This document shows positions 19,220 through 31,778 of a stretch of DNA of 64,000 nt, one piece after another. The DNA lies in NCBI GenBank assembly GCA_025055975.1, contig JANWWM010000084.1:309-64308 (forward strand). Reading direction: 5' to 3'. The DNA is from Chloroherpetonaceae bacterium (GTDB taxonomy: Bacteria > Bacteroidota > Chlorobiia > Chlorobiales > Thermochlorobacteraceae). The notes under the pieces were generated by a model. That model made no database searches and was not told the DNA's origin. It saw nothing but the letters and a program-made list of their open reading frames with translations. Each line of letters opens with the position of its first letter. Within the stretch, counting starts at the first letter, position 1. The position numbers and the translations under genes were made by a program.

Positions 19220-21217
19220 ATGGCTGACAACGAATTCGTGAAAAATCGCGCCTCGCAGTCGAGAAAGGATAGCGTCCGCAATCGTTTCAAGCCCGTGCGC
19301 GAAGACGATCCCTTCTTCGGCGGCAACAACGATGGCGAAGAAGATGGAGCCAAACGCCTCTTTCGTTTCCTCGTTTATGGCGCGCTCGTTTTCGGCGCGT
19401 TTCTTCTTCTGCAAAAACTTTTCTCTCCCTCTCAACCGCAAGAGCCAGAGGTTTCTTACAACGAGTATGTTCGCTTGCTCGACAAGGGTTTGATTCGAGA
19501 ATGCGTCGTCGAAAAACTCGACGCGAGCGGCACGGCTCTGCTCAAAGGCGTTCTCAAAAGCTACGAGACGATTTCCACCATCGACCGCGTCGAGAAGCGA
19601 ACCGACCGTTTTTCGGTGAAGTTGCCCTCGTTTTCCAACGACGACGCGAAAGCTCTGATTGAAAAAGACGTCAAGTTTCGCGTCGAGGTCGAGGACAATG
19701 GCGGCTCGCAACTCTTGCTTTATCTGGCTCCGTGGATTCTCATCGCGTTCATTTACTTCGTCTTGATTCGCCGAATGTCGATGCAGAACGGCATGGCGCG
19801 CAACGTGTTCAACTTTGGTCGAAGTCGCGCCAAAATGATCACGGAATTCGACGTCAAGACCACCTTTGCCGACGTCGCAGGATGCGAGGAAGCCAAAGAG
19901 GAACTCAAAGAGATCGTTGACTTCCTGAAAAACCCCGAAAAGTATCAAGCCTTGGGCGGCAAGATCCCGAAAGGCGTGCTGTTGCTCGGTCCGCCAGGCA
20001 CGGGCAAGACGCTTCTCGCCAAAGCCGTCGCGGGCGAGGCGGGCGTGCCGTTCTTCTCGATGTCGGGCGCGGACTTCGTCGAGATGTTCGTGGGCGTGGG
20101 CGCGAGCCGCGTGCGCGATTTGTTCGATCAAGCCAAACGCAACGCGCCTTGCATCGTCTTCATCGATGAAATCGATGCCGTCGGGCGACAGCGCGGCGCG
20201 GGGCTTGGCGGCGGACACGACGAGCGCGAACAAACGCTCAACCAATTGCTCGTCGAAATGGACGGCTTCAACACGAACGACAACATCATTCTGCTTGCGG
20301 CGACCAATCGCCCCGACGTCTTGGATTCCGCTTTGCTTCGCCCTGGACGCTTCGACCGACAAGTCGTCGTCGATAAGCCCGACGTGCGCGGCAGAGAAGC
20401 CATCCTCAAAATTCACACGCGCAAAATTCCGCTCGCCAAAGATGTCGACCTTTCCGTCATCGCCAAAGGCACGCCGGGTTTTGCGGGCGCGGATTTAGCC
20501 AATCTCTGCAACGAAGCCGCGCTCATCGCCGCGCGCGCCAACCGAACCGAAGTCACCAAGGCGGACATGGACGAAGCGCGCGACAAGGTCTTGATGGGTC
20601 CTGAACGCAAGAGCGTCTTGATTTCGCCGCGCGACAAAGAAGTTACCGCCTATCACGAATCGGGGCACGTGCTCGTCGCCAAATTCACCAAAGGCTCCGA
20701 CCCCGTGCACAAGGTAACCATCATTCCGCGCGGCAGAGCGCTCGGACTGACGTCGTATCTGCCCCTCGAGGACAAATACACCTACACGAAGGAATACTTG
20801 ATTGCGATGATCACCTACGCGCTCGGCGGACGCGCCGCCGAAGACATCGTCTTTCACGAAATCTCGACGGGCGCGGGCAACGATATCGAGCGCGCCACCG
20901 AACTTGCGCGCAAAATGGTCTGCGAATGGGGAATGAGCGAAAAACTCGGTCCGCTCAATTACGGCTCGAAGCATCAGGAAGTCTTCTTGGGGCGCGACTT
21001 CGGGCGCGTGCGCGATTACAGCGAGGAAACCGCCGTCGCCATCGACACCGAAGTGCGCCACATCGTAATGTCGTGCATGCAAGAAGCCAAGCGCATTTTG
21101 ACCGAGAACATCGATGCTTTGCATCGCCTCGCCAAAACGCTGATGGAGCGCGAAACGCTCGACGGCGCGGAAATCGATAAAGTCATCGCGGGCGAAACGC
21201 TCGCGCCCGTTCAGTGA
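19220..21217 (+). CDS. ftsH: ATP-dependent zinc metalloprotease FtsH
   Basis: Two TMs, [22 protein letters not shown]. Confidence 0.98.
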   Translation: MADNEFVKNRASQSRKDSVRNRFKPVREDDPFFGGNNDGEEDGAKRLFRFLVYGALVFGAFLLLQKLFSPSQPQEPEVSYNEYVRLLDKGLIRECVVEKLDASGTALLKGVLKSYETISTIDRVEKRTDRFSVKLPSFSNDDAKALIEKDVKFRVEVEDNGGSQLLLYLAPWILIAFIYFVLIRRMSMQNGMARNVFNFGRSRAKMITEFDVKTTFADVAGCEEAKEELKEIVDFLKNPEKYQALGGKIPKGVLLLGPPGTGKTLLAKAVAGEAGVPFFSMSGADFVEMFVGVGASRVRDLFDQAKRNAPCIVFIDEIDAVGRQRGAGLGGGHDEREQTLNQLLVEMDGFNTNDNIILLAATNRPDVLDSALLRPGRFDRQVVVDKPDVRGREAILKIHTRKIPLAKDVDLSVIAKGTPGFAGADLANLCNEAALIAARANRTEVTKADMDEARDKVLMGPERKSVLISPRDKEVTAYHESGHVLVAKFTKGSDPVHKVTIIPRGRALGLTSYLPLEDKYTYTKEYLIAMITYALGGRAAEDIVFHEISTGAGNDIERATELARKMVCEWGMSEKLGPLNYGSKHQEVFLGRDFGRVRDYSEETAVAIDTEVRHIVMSCMQEAKRILTENIDALHRLAKTLMERETLDGAEIDKVIAGETLAPVQ

Positions 21218-21585
21218 TGATTTGGATTGCGCTTTTGGCGATCGGGCTTGTCGCGGGCGTCTTGTCGGGAATGTTCGGCATCGGCGGCGGAATCGTCGTC
21301 GTGCCAATGCTCGCGCTCCTGCTTGGCTTTTCGCAACACGCGGCGACGGGCACGTCGCTTCTCGTGTTCATGCTCCCCATCGGAATCTTGGGAGCGTTGG
21401 AATACTACAAAGCGGGAAAAATCACGACCGAAAATCTCAAATACGCCATCGCCATCGCGTTGGGTTTGCTCGTTGGCTCGCTGCTTGGTTCCAAACTCGC
21501 CTTGTCGGTTTCAGAGGAGTGGTTGCGCAAGGGTTTCGCGTTGCTCTTGGTCGCCGTTGCGATTCGCCTTTGGTTCAAGGCGTAG
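21217..21585 (+). CDS. Half-size TSUP (TauE/SafE) family membrane protein
   Basis: GVLSGMFGIGGGIVVVP...A.GTSL; about 4 TMs. Confidence 0.85.
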   Translation: MIWIALLAIGLVAGVLSGMFGIGGGIVVVPMLALLLGFSQHAATGTSLLVFMLPIGILGALEYYKAGKITTENLKYAIAIALGLLVGSLLGSKLALSVSEEWLRKGFALLLVAVAIRLWFKA

Positions 21586-21632
21586 CGTCGGAAATTTTGA
21601 TTCGCAAAACACTAAACTTCGCAGTAGCAACC

Positions 21633-21932
21633 GTGACAAAAGCAGACATCGTCGGCATTATCGCGGCTCGAACAGGGCTTACCAAACAAGAGACCGAAAC
21701 CGTCGTCGATGGTTTCATAGAAACGATTATCGAATCGCTCAAATCGGGCGAGCGCATTGAAATCAGAGGATTCGGCACGTTCAACGTGCGCAAGAAGAAC
21801 AAACGCATCGCTCACAATCCCCGCACGGGCGAAAAAGTCCTCATCAAGGAGAAGTATGTGCCGACGTTCAAAATCTCCAAAGAGTTCAAAAACGTCGTGA
21901 GCGAAAAGTTGAAGAAAGGATTGCAGTCGTAA
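21633..21932 (+). CDS. HU/IHF family DNA-binding protein
   Basis: GTG start, TKADIV...IEIRGFGTF...NPRTGE...PTFK. Confidence 0.93.
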   Translation: MTKADIVGIIAARTGLTKQETETVVDGFIETIIESLKSGERIEIRGFGTFNVRKKNKRIAHNPRTGEKVLIKEKYVPTFKISKEFKNVVSEKLKKGLQS

Positions 21933-21934
21933 CG

Positions 21935-22843
21935 ATGAGCGAGTCGAGGCGGGCGTTTTGCCTCTCGTGCGGCGTTGCCGTTTCGCCCAGCGACGCGCGT
22001 TGCCACAACTGCGGCAGCGATTTGACCAAACCCGACGAAGAAATTTCGCCGCTCCCCGACGCGCCGAAGCCCAAACGCGAGGCGAATCTTGCGTCGGTCA
22101 AGAAAGAACAACTCGCGCTTTTGGTCGTTGGAGTCGTCGCGCTCATCGGGTTAAGCGTTCTTGGCTATCAAGCCTCCGTTTCGGGCAAGAAGGGCTTTGC
22201 GCTGTCGGGCGCGGCGGGCGCGGGCGCGCAACCCGAATCCCAAAACTCTTCCGTCGATTCTCGCGCGATTCAACCCGCGCCTCCTCCGCCAAAGGTCATC
22301 ACCGACAAAGCCACTTTGGAGCGCATCGAAGTTTTGAAGGCGCAATACGACAAGGAAACCGACAGCCGCAAAAAACGTCTTGCCGCGCTCGCGCTTTCGG
22401 AAATCTTCATCGAGAACGAGCGATTGGATTTGGGCGGCGAATGGAGCCTTGCCGCCTTCGAAGCCACCGACCGCAAAGAACTCAAATTGCTCCTGCGCGC
22501 CGCCAATCTTTACGACGACGCGCAACAATACGCCATCGCTTCGCAACTTTACGCGCGTTACTTGGAACTCGATTCCGCCAACGCCGACGCGAGAGTCGAT
22601 TACGCCATTTCGCTTCTCAATCAAGGCTTGCAACGCGAGGGCGTAACCCAAATGCGCCGCGTGGTCGATGAATGCCCCAACCACCAAAAAGCCAATCTGA
22701 ACTTGGGCATTCTCTACGCGCAAATCGAGCGATGGGAAGAAGCGAGAAAGTTGTGGCAAAAGGCGCGCGATCTCGACCCCCAAAGCGACGCGGGCAAGCG
22801 CGCCGCCGAATTGCTCTCGCGCTACGCCTCGCAAGGACGCTGA
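21935..22843 (+). CDS. Zinc-ribbon + TM + TPR protein
   Basis: CLSCG...CHNCG, TM segment, TPR-like C-terminus (ANLNLGILY...ARDLDP). Confidence 0.78.
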   Translation: MSESRRAFCLSCGVAVSPSDARCHNCGSDLTKPDEEISPLPDAPKPKREANLASVKKEQLALLVVGVVALIGLSVLGYQASVSGKKGFALSGAAGAGAQPESQNSSVDSRAIQPAPPPPKVITDKATLERIEVLKAQYDKETDSRKKRLAALALSEIFIENERLDLGGEWSLAAFEATDRKELKLLLRAANLYDDAQQYAIASQLYARYLELDSANADARVDYAISLLNQGLQREGVTQMRRVVDECPNHQKANLNLGILYAQIERWEEARKLWQKARDLDPQSDAGKRAAELLSRYASQGR

Positions 22844-22852
22844 CCGCCTCGC

Positions 22853-25033
22853 TCAAAGGCGAGCGCGCCGCTTTTCGTCTTGACGCCAGTCGCGTTCTTT
22901 TTCGTCGCTTCTCGGCGGAAATTTCGGCTCTACGCCAAGATTGCGCATTAGAAACGCGAAGACATCGGCGGTTTCCTCGATCGCCTTTTCCGTCGAGCTT
23001 GCGCCGTGCCCCGATTTCGTGGCGACGCGAATCAAGACGGGGTTTTCGCCGCGATGCTTTTCTTGCAACGCCGCCGCGAACTTGAACGAGTGCGCGGGCA
23101 CGACGCGATCGTCGTGGTCGGCGGTCGTAATGAGCGTCGCGGGATACGACACGCCTTCCTTCAAATTGTGAAGCGGCGAGTATTTGTAGAGATTTTCAAA
23201 CTCCTCTTTGCTCGCTTCGCTCGAACCGTATTCGGCGATCCAGTTCCACCCAATCGTGAATTTGTGAAAGCGAAGCATATCCATCACGCCCACGGCGGGC
23301 AGGGCGACTTTGAAGAGTTCGGGACGCTGACACATCACCGCGCCGACGAGCAAGCCGCCATTCGAGCCGCCTCTCATCGCCAATTTTTCCGAGCATGTGT
23401 AGCCTTCTTTGATGAGGTATTCCGCGCCCGCGATGAAATCGTCAAAGACGTTCTGCTTGTTGAACTTCATTCCCGCCTTGTGCCACGCCTCGCCGTATTC
23501 GTTGCCGCCGCGCAAATTGACCTGCGCGTAAATGAAGCCTTGCTCCAAGAGCGCGATGTTAAAAGGATTGAACGAGGGCAATAGGCTCACATTGAACCCG
23601 CCATAACCGTACATCAGCGTCGGGTTTTTGCCGTCGCGCGGAATGCCTTTTTTATGCACGAGAAACATCGGGATTTTCGCGCCGTCCTTGCTCGGAAAGA
23701 AAACTTGTTTCGTCTCGTAATCGTCGGGCTTGAACTTCAAATCGGGCTTGTGAAAGACGGTCGATTTTCTCGTCTCGATGTCGTAGCGATAAATCGTGGG
23801 CGGGAAGGTGAATGAAGTGAAAGCGTAGAAAACAAACTTGTCGTCGGGCGCGCCGCCGAACCCGCTCGCCGTGCCGAGCGCGGGCAGTTCGACCTCGTTT
23901 TCAAACGCGCCATCGAGCGAATGAACATAGACGCGCGTCGAGACGTCTTTCATATACAGCGCGAAGAGTTTGCCGCCGCCCGTCGTGGCGTATTGCAAGG
24001 CTTCGGGCTTTTCGGGGACGATGGTTTTCCAATTCTTCATATCGGGATTCTGGGCGGAGCAACGGACGATTTTTTCGTTGGGCGCGTCGTGATTGGTAAC
24101 GATGAGAAAATCGTCGCCGACGTTATCGATCACGTTGTAGGAAAATTCGCCGATTTCCGCCACGATGGGCTTGAAGGTTTTTTCGCCGCGCCGCTTGAAG
24201 AAGAGCGCGTTGCCTTGTTTGCCCGACCCCCTGTCGGAGACGCTCAAAAACGCGAATCGCTCGTCTTCGCTCGTGAAGACGACGTGAAAGCGTTGGGGGT
24301 TGGCTCGGTCTTCGTAGACGAGCGCGTCTTGCGATTGCGGCGTGCCGATTTTGTGGTAATAGACCTGATGAAATTCGTTCTTCGCGGAAAGTTCCTTCTT
24401 GTCGGAGGGTTCGGGATAGCGGCTGTAATAAAAACCGTCGCCTTCCCAAGCGACGCCCGACACTTTCACCCAGTTGAGCGTGTCGGGAAGTTTCTTTTTC
24501 GTTTCGAGTTCCATCACGAAGTAGGTTTGCCAATCCGAGCCTGCTTTTGAAACGCCATAGACGGCGTATTTGGCGTCTTTCGAAACGGCAAACGCGCTAA
24601 GTTTCGTCGTGCCGTCTTCGGAGAACGTGTTGGGATCCAAGAGAACTTCGGGCGCGCCGTCAAGTCCTTTCTGCACGTAGAGCACGCTTTGATTCTGCAA
24701 GCCATCGTTCTTGTAAAAGAAGAAGAGGTCTCCTTTGCGAAACGGCGCGGAGTATTTCGGATAGTTGTAGATTTCGGCAAGGCGGGCTTTGAGCGCCGAG
24801 CGAAACGGGATTTGCTCCAAATAAGCGAAGGTGAATTTGTTTTGTTCCTCGACCCATTTTGCCGTGGCGGCGGAAGTGTCGTCTTCGAGCCATCGATACT
24901 CGTCGCGCACTTCCACGCCGAAGTAGTTATCGACTTGATCGACCTTCGCGGTTTTCGGGTATTTCAATTTTTGCGACGCGCAGTTAAGGGCAAACGCTGA
25001 TAGCGAGACGAAAATAAAGATTCGAGTTCGCAT
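22853..25033 (-). CDS. Prolyl oligopeptidase (S9A), probable lipoprotein
   Basis: GGSNGGLL, DHDDRVVP, SGHGA catalytic motifs; N-terminal signal ending ALNC. Confidence 0.95.
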   Translation of the reverse strand: MRTRIFIFVSLSAFALNCASQKLKYPKTAKVDQVDNYFGVEVRDEYRWLEDDTSAATAKWVEEQNKFTFAYLEQIPFRSALKARLAEIYNYPKYSAPFRKGDLFFFYKNDGLQNQSVLYVQKGLDGAPEVLLDPNTFSEDGTTKLSAFAVSKDAKYAVYGVSKAGSDWQTYFVMELETKKKLPDTLNWVKVSGVAWEGDGFYYSRYPEPSDKKELSAKNEFHQVYYHKIGTPQSQDALVYEDRANPQRFHVVFTSEDERFAFLSVSDRGSGKQGNALFFKRRGEKTFKPIVAEIGEFSYNVIDNVGDDFLIVTNHDAPNEKIVRCSAQNPDMKNWKTIVPEKPEALQYATTGGGKLFALYMKDVSTRVYVHSLDGAFENEVELPALGTASGFGGAPDDKFVFYAFTSFTFPPTIYRYDIETRKSTVFHKPDLKFKPDDYETKQVFFPSKDGAKIPMFLVHKKGIPRDGKNPTLMYGYGGFNVSLLPSFNPFNIALLEQGFIYAQVNLRGGNEYGEAWHKAGMKFNKQNVFDDFIAGAEYLIKEGYTCSEKLAMRGGSNGGLLVGAVMCQRPELFKVALPAVGVMDMLRFHKFTIGWNWIAEYGSSEASKEEFENLYKYSPLHNLKEGVSYPATLITTADHDDRVVPAHSFKFAAALQEKHRGENPVLIRVATKSGHGASSTEKAIEETADVFAFLMRNLGVEPKFPPRSDEKERDWRQDEKRRARL

Positions 25034-25048
25034 TGCGAGACTGGACGT

Positions 25049-26605
<1,557 letters not shown>

Positions 26606-26609
<4 letters not shown>

Positions 26610-27514
26610 TCGGCGTTGGCTTGTTCTTTGGCTTGGGCTTGCGCGGTCTCGATGGCGGTTTTGAGTTTGCGTCGCGCCGCCTCGACGAAGGCTTTGCGTT
26701 CAGGGAAAGCGTCGGCGTAGCGGTTGATGTCGTATTCCGCGTCGTCCCACTTCTCTCGAATGATGAGGGTTTCGATTTTGCCGCGCAAGGCGGGTTCGGC
26801 GTATTTGGTGTCGCCGAATTTGGAGAGCACTTCCTCGTAATACATCGTCGCGGCGCGATAGGCTTGCAATTGCACGTATTGCTCGGCGGCTTCAAAGACC
26901 TTCTGCGCCAATTTCTCGCGGCAGATTCTAATGCGCTCGTCGGCGAGTCGGACGCGGTCGAGATGCTTGAGCTTGGCTTGCAAGCGCCTGATGACGTCCT
27001 CGACCTGCGATTTTTTCTCCGTTCCTTGAACGGTTTTTAGGAGCTCTTGCGCTTCGGCGATTTCTCGCGCCACGCTCGCGGAGTCGGGCGTTGGATAGGT
27101 ATCGATGTAGCCCTGATACTGCGCGATGGCTCGGCGCGTGTAGTCTTGGTCGAGTTGCGGAACGGGCGAGAGTTTGTAGTAGCACTCGGCGATTTGGAAA
27201 TATGCGTCCTGCGCGTAGGGCGAAGCGGGCACGTTGCGGAGCAAGGTCTGAAACGCATCGATCGCCAAAAGAAATTGCTCGCTCTTGAAGTAGCTCATTC
27301 CCAAGAGGAATTGCACGTCGTCCTCGTATTCGGTGGCGCGGCTGGAATAGGCGAGCTTGGAGAGTTCGAGTTGCGCGCCGTAGTAATCTTCTTCGTCGTA
27401 AAGTTTTTGCGCTTCGCGGAAGGCGACGGGAAGCGAAGTTCCCGCGTCGTCTTTGGACGAGGCGCATGCGCTCGACAGCGCGACGAGAGCGACGATGAAC
27501 GAGAAACGATGCAT
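26606..27514 (-). CDS. bamD: Outer membrane assembly lipoprotein BamD
   Basis: Lipobox SAC, TPRs, LDQDYTRRAI..Q..ID.YP pattern. Confidence 0.85.
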
Positions 27515-27518
27515 AGCG

Positions 27519-28085
27519 TCAATTGCTCCTTACGCTGAAAAAAAGATAGACGATGATTCCGAGCGAAAGCGTCGTCAAAGCCGGCGCGATCGCTCGCTCG
27601 AGCCAATCGCGGCGCGGCTCAATGGTCGTTTCGGGGTAGCGCGGATCGTTCAATCGTTCAAGTTCCGCGAGCGAGAGCGTATCGATGCGCTCCGCGCTCA
27701 ACGGCTTTGCGAGTTTGAGTTCGCCGTTTGAAACGAGCCTCAAAAAAATCGCCAGCGAAACGACGCGACGCGCTTTCGTTCCCGCTTCTTCGGCTTTGAC
27801 GCTCGCGGATTGAAGGTCGTAGCGAATTTCGAGCGCGTTTTCCGACGGCGATTCGCGCACTTGAAATCCCCGCGCCAGCAACGCCGCCTGCAAGCGCAAA
27901 TCCAGCTCGCGCTTCAAGCCCGCCGTCGAATCGGGCGCGAAGATAAGCGTCGAGGGCGCGTCGTTCAATTCCCGCAGAACGCTCTCGGCAAGACTCTCGG
28001 CGCAAAGCTCAATGGTCGGCTTGGGTTGAGCGACGAGCGACGCGGCAAGAAGCGTCAGCGCGAACCAGCAAGCGAGCGCGTTCAC
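27519..28085 (-). CDS. Exported hypothetical protein with C-terminal membrane anchor
   Basis: Signal peptide; C-terminal IVYLFFSVRSN TM; co-oriented in operon. Confidence 0.65.
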   Translation of the reverse strand: MNALACWFALTLLAASLVAQPKPTIELCAESLAESVLRELNDAPSTLIFAPDSTAGLKRELDLRLQAALLARGFQVRESPSENALEIRYDLQSASVKAEEAGTKARRVVSLAIFLRLVSNGELKLAKPLSAERIDTLSLAELERLNDPRYPETTIEPRRDWLERAIAPALTTLSLGIIVYLFFSVRSN

Positions 28086-28088
28086 GAG

Positions 28089-29789
28089 TTAGAGGAAATT
28101 GAAAACGGGCTGAATCTCGAACATCGTCCGAAAAAAAATCTGAAAGTCCGACTTGTTCAAGCCCGCGACATTGTTGGCGTTGCGCCGCCAAACCTGCGTC
28201 AGGTTAAGTTCCGCGTTGAAAGAATTGTTGGGCTGATAGAAAACCCCCACCGTCCAAGCGTATCGCCCCTCGACCTTGCGATTGCCCGTAACGAATGGAA
28301 TCGGCTCGTCGTAGCCATCGCGCAGGTTGTAGATGAAGTTTCCGTTTGCGTCCCTGTCCATCCACGGCGTTAGGAACGGTCCGTAGAGATTGCCTTCCCC
28401 TTTGGCGATGGCAAGCACGTTCGTCGAGACGCGCAAAAACTTTTTGAACCAATGCGAAACGCCAACTTCCATCGAGAGAAAGTCTGTGCCGAGCGGATGC
28501 GCGAGCGGATTGGCTCTCACGACGCCGCGTCCGGCGTTGTTGACCGTCAGGCGTTGCTCGATGAAACGATTGTGAAAGGTGCGATAGCGACAGCGCGTTA
28601 GCTCGATGAACGCATCGGTGCCGTAAATCTTGAACGCTTTGAGAACGTTTGGCGCGCGAACCCCAAGCGTCCCCGCCCACAAGTTTGGTTCGAGGTCGAC
28701 TTGCTCTTTCTTGTCGACTTGCCAATCGTCGACCGTGAGGCTGCCGTAGAAATTCACGTTGAAAGCATAAACGCTGAAATCGCCGCCGATGAGCGGATTG
28801 GTTTCCTCGAACTGCTCGCCGTAGGTGAAGATGAACGGATTGACATGGCGAAAATCAAGGTGGCGATACGTGCCCGATTTGAGCGTGCCTTGAAAAAGTC
28901 CCAAACGCACGTTGCCCGCGAAGAGATTGAAATCGGCGCGAATGGCGGCGAAAAAACGCTCGATGTTGCCATCGGCGCGCCATCCGAAGCGGTCGTCGTA
29001 TTTGTCGAGTTGCGCGAGAAAGTAAGTGAAACGCGCCGCGCGCGAGACGAACTGAAACGAGAGTTGGTCGAGCGGTCCCGCCGTGAAGTTCGTGATGAGG
29101 CTGTTGCGTCCGTATCCCCATTGCACGTAGTCTCTGCCGAATTTCAGCCGAACGCTTTTGCTATGATACGCCACGAAAGATTGCTCCGTGAAGCCCGTCA
29201 ATCCGCCCCACTTTTTCGCGGGCAGCAGCGTGAAGATGCGCTCGTTTTGGAGCATAGAGTTGTTGTAGAGAACGATGTTTTCGCCAAAGTGCAGCGTGAA
29301 TCGGAAGCGATTGCGAAAGCGCGGACCAAACGTGTTGCCTTGTTCTTGTTCGAATTGCAGTTGGGGAAAATTGCCGTTGCGCTTGTCGCCGACGAATTCG
29401 GGGCGCAAGCCGATTCGAAGCGCGCCGTCGGGGAAGGCTTCGTCGCGCAACCAATCGAGCTCTTCGGAGAGTTCCTGTTCGAGCTTGTTGAATAGCCAAA
29501 GGGTGACGCGATCTTCGATGAGCGTTTTGTCGGTTGCCAAGATGGCGCGAGCGACGTCCATTCGCTCGTAGGGCTTGGCGACGTCGTAAAGTTGGACCAG
29601 ATATCCGCGCGCGACGAGTTGGTCGATGATGTCGTATGCCCAGTGCCCCGCAGGGAAGGTTTCGCCGCCAACCGCCGCCGCGGAACGCGATGAAAACAAG
29701 AACGCAAAGAGCAGAACGAAAAGGCTTGAACGAAGCGAGAGCGTCGAGATTCGCAAGGCGGTAAAGTTTTTGCGTGAACGGTGTTTCAA
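28089..29789 (-). CDS. Outer-membrane beta-barrel, capsule assembly Wzi-like, with N-terminal HWAY motif
   Basis: GHWAYDIIDQL N-terminal motif, FGRDYVQWGYG, amphipathic strands; start uncertain. Confidence 0.65.
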   Translation of the reverse strand: MKHRSRKNFTALRISTLSLRSSLFVLLFAFLFSSRSAAAVGGETFPAGHWAYDIIDQLVARGYLVQLYDVAKPYERMDVARAILATDKTLIEDRVTLWLFNKLEQELSEELDWLRDEAFPDGALRIGLRPEFVGDKRNGNFPQLQFEQEQGNTFGPRFRNRFRFTLHFGENIVLYNNSMLQNERIFTLLPAKKWGGLTGFTEQSFVAYHSKSVRLKFGRDYVQWGYGRNSLITNFTAGPLDQLSFQFVSRAARFTYFLAQLDKYDDRFGWRADGNIERFFAAIRADFNLFAGNVRLGLFQGTLKSGTYRHLDFRHVNPFIFTYGEQFEETNPLIGGDFSVYAFNVNFYGSLTVDDWQVDKKEQVDLEPNLWAGTLGVRAPNVLKAFKIYGTDAFIELTRCRYRTFHNRFIEQRLTVNNAGRGVVRANPLAHPLGTDFLSMEVGVSHWFKKFLRVSTNVLAIAKGEGNLYGPFLTPWMDRDANGNFIYNLRDGYDEPIPFVTGNRKVEGRYAWTVGVFYQPNNSFNAELNLTQVWRRNANNVAGLNKSDFQIFFRTMFEIQPVFNFL

Positions 29790-29932
29790 ACGAAATGAAA
29801 ATTACGCAACGACGCTCAAAGCGCAAACATTCCTCCCTCGCCAAACCGCTTTGAAAACGTCGCTCCTCATCGCGTAAATTCGGAAGCGAAGCGCGGGAAC
29901 GAATTTCCGCTCAAAAATGAACGGCGGCAATT

Positions 29933-31267
29933 ATGAATCGAGACGATTTCATCGACCTTTACGCTGAATTGGGACTCACGCAAAACGCGACCGAAGCCGA
30001 AATCAAACGCGCTTATACGGAGCGCATCAAGGAAGTCCACCCCGATAGGCTTCAAAACGCTTCCGAGCAAGAACGCAAGCGCGCCGAAGAAAAATCGCAA
30101 CGCCTCAACCAAGCCAAAGAAATTTTGCTCGACCCCGACAAACGCTTCCGCTACGACAATCTCTACCGCGAAAAACTTTCCGAAGCCGTCATCGCCGCAT
30201 CGGAATACGGCTTTGACGGACGGCGATACAACGACTACGCGCAAGACATCGCCCGATTTCGCGCCGAGCGAGACGAGCGGCTCAAAGCTCGCTTTCGATA
30301 TCGCCCGCTCATCTTTCTGCTCGTCGTGATGATGGCGGGGCTTTCGCTCCTGTGGCGGCTCGTCAAACCCGAACAAATCGCCGATTTTGCCAAGCCCAAC
30401 GAAGTCATCACGCTCTCGGAGCCGATTTATTCGTTCAAAGTCGGCGCGCAAGCCTACGAACTTGCCGTCTCGGAGAACCACTGCTGGGTTGCGTCCGAAA
30501 ACAACTGCGTCAAAGCCTTTCGAAAAGAATCCCCCATGAATCCCATCCACCTGATTTCTCTTGACGCCGCGCCGCTTTCGCTCGCCCGAAAAAACGAAAC
30601 GCTTGCGATTGGCGACAAGAGCGGAACGCTCACGCTCGCCAATTTGACCGACGGGTCAAAAAAGGTTATCAAAGCCCATAGCTCCGCCATTAGCGCGGTT
30701 CAATTCAGTCCGACGGGCGGAGAACTGCTCACGGCGAGTTGGGACAAAACTCTTCGCGTCTGGAACGTCAAAACGGGCGAACAGCTTCGCACGCGAATGG
30801 GCATCGCGTTTCCGATTTATTCCGCCACCTTCGATGCGTCGGGAACGTTCATCGCCTTCACCAACGACGCGCAAGCGATGCTTTGGAATTGGCGAGACGG
30901 CGCGATGAAATCGCTCGCGCTTCACAAACGCCGCATTTTCGCCACCGCCGCTTTCGGCGAATGGTTCGCAACCGCAGGGGAAGATCGCGTCATCAAGCAA
31001 ATTCACTTCAAGACCAATGGCGCGCGCATCATCGAAGACGAAGTCGCCGTCAAAATCGCTTACCGTCCCGACGGCAAACTCATCGCCGCCGCTGGACAAG
31101 ACGGGCGCGCCCGCCTCTACGACGCGCAAACGGGCAAAAAACTTGAAGTCATCAACGCGCACCGAGCGAAAATCAACGCCGTCGCCTTCTCGCCCGACGG
31201 CAAAGAACTCTACACCGCCAGCGCCGATAGCCTCGTAAAAGTTTGGGATTTGAGGAAATACGATTAG
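29933..31267 (+). CDS. J-domain + TM + WD40-repeat protein
   Basis: HPD motif (EVHPDR), TM, WD40 repeats (HSSAISAVQFSP...TLRVW; HRAKINAVAFSPDG...VKVWD). Confidence 0.88.
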   Translation: MNRDDFIDLYAELGLTQNATEAEIKRAYTERIKEVHPDRLQNASEQERKRAEEKSQRLNQAKEILLDPDKRFRYDNLYREKLSEAVIAASEYGFDGRRYNDYAQDIARFRAERDERLKARFRYRPLIFLLVVMMAGLSLLWRLVKPEQIADFAKPNEVITLSEPIYSFKVGAQAYELAVSENHCWVASENNCVKAFRKESPMNPIHLISLDAAPLSLARKNETLAIGDKSGTLTLANLTDGSKKVIKAHSSAISAVQFSPTGGELLTASWDKTLRVWNVKTGEQLRTRMGIAFPIYSATFDASGTFIAFTNDAQAMLWNWRDGAMKSLALHKRRIFATAAFGEWFATAGEDRVIKQIHFKTNGARIIEDEVAVKIAYRPDGKLIAAAGQDGRARLYDAQTGKKLEVINAHRAKINAVAFSPDGKELYTASADSLVKVWDLRKYD

Positions 31268-31379
31268 CGCTCGCGCGGCTTGGCGACTCGCCATCGTAGA
31301 ACATTTCGCTCGCCCCTTGCGTTAGAAACCCTTGCGGTTTCCGTATATTCTCGGCAACATTTCATTTTTGGTGGAAGTT

Positions 31380-31772
31380 ATGCCTGAAACGAGGGAAAAA
31401 GTCGCGGGTCGGCGCTACTCTCGCCAGCGCGAAGAAGTCCTGCGCGTCGTGCGAAACGCGAATTCGCATCCTACGGCTGATTGGGTCTATGAGCAAGTCC
31501 GCAAAACCTTGCCCCGCGTTAGTCTCGGCACGGTCTATCGCAATCTCAACTTGCTCGCGGACGAAGGTCTGATTCAGCGCGTCATTTTGGACGATGGCGT
31601 CATGCGATACGATGGCAAAACGCGCGCGCATCATCACTTCATCTGCTCGAAAACGGGCAAAATTTACGACGTCGAGTTCAATCTTTGCGAAGACCTTTTG
31701 GAAAAATTCAACGCGCAAACGGGCTTCAAGGCGACGCGCTACAAGATCGAGTTCTACGGCTCAGAGGAGTAA
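31380..31772 (+). CDS. Fur-family regulator, PerR-like
   Basis: HPTADWVY, SLGTVYRNL, HHHFIC; upstream of dps. Confidence 0.9.
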   Translation: MPETREKVAGRRYSRQREEVLRVVRNANSHPTADWVYEQVRKTLPRVSLGTVYRNLNLLADEGLIQRVILDDGVMRYDGKTRAHHHFICSKTGKIYDVEFNLCEDLLEKFNAQTGFKATRYKIEFYGSEE

Positions 31773-31778
31773 CGAGCG

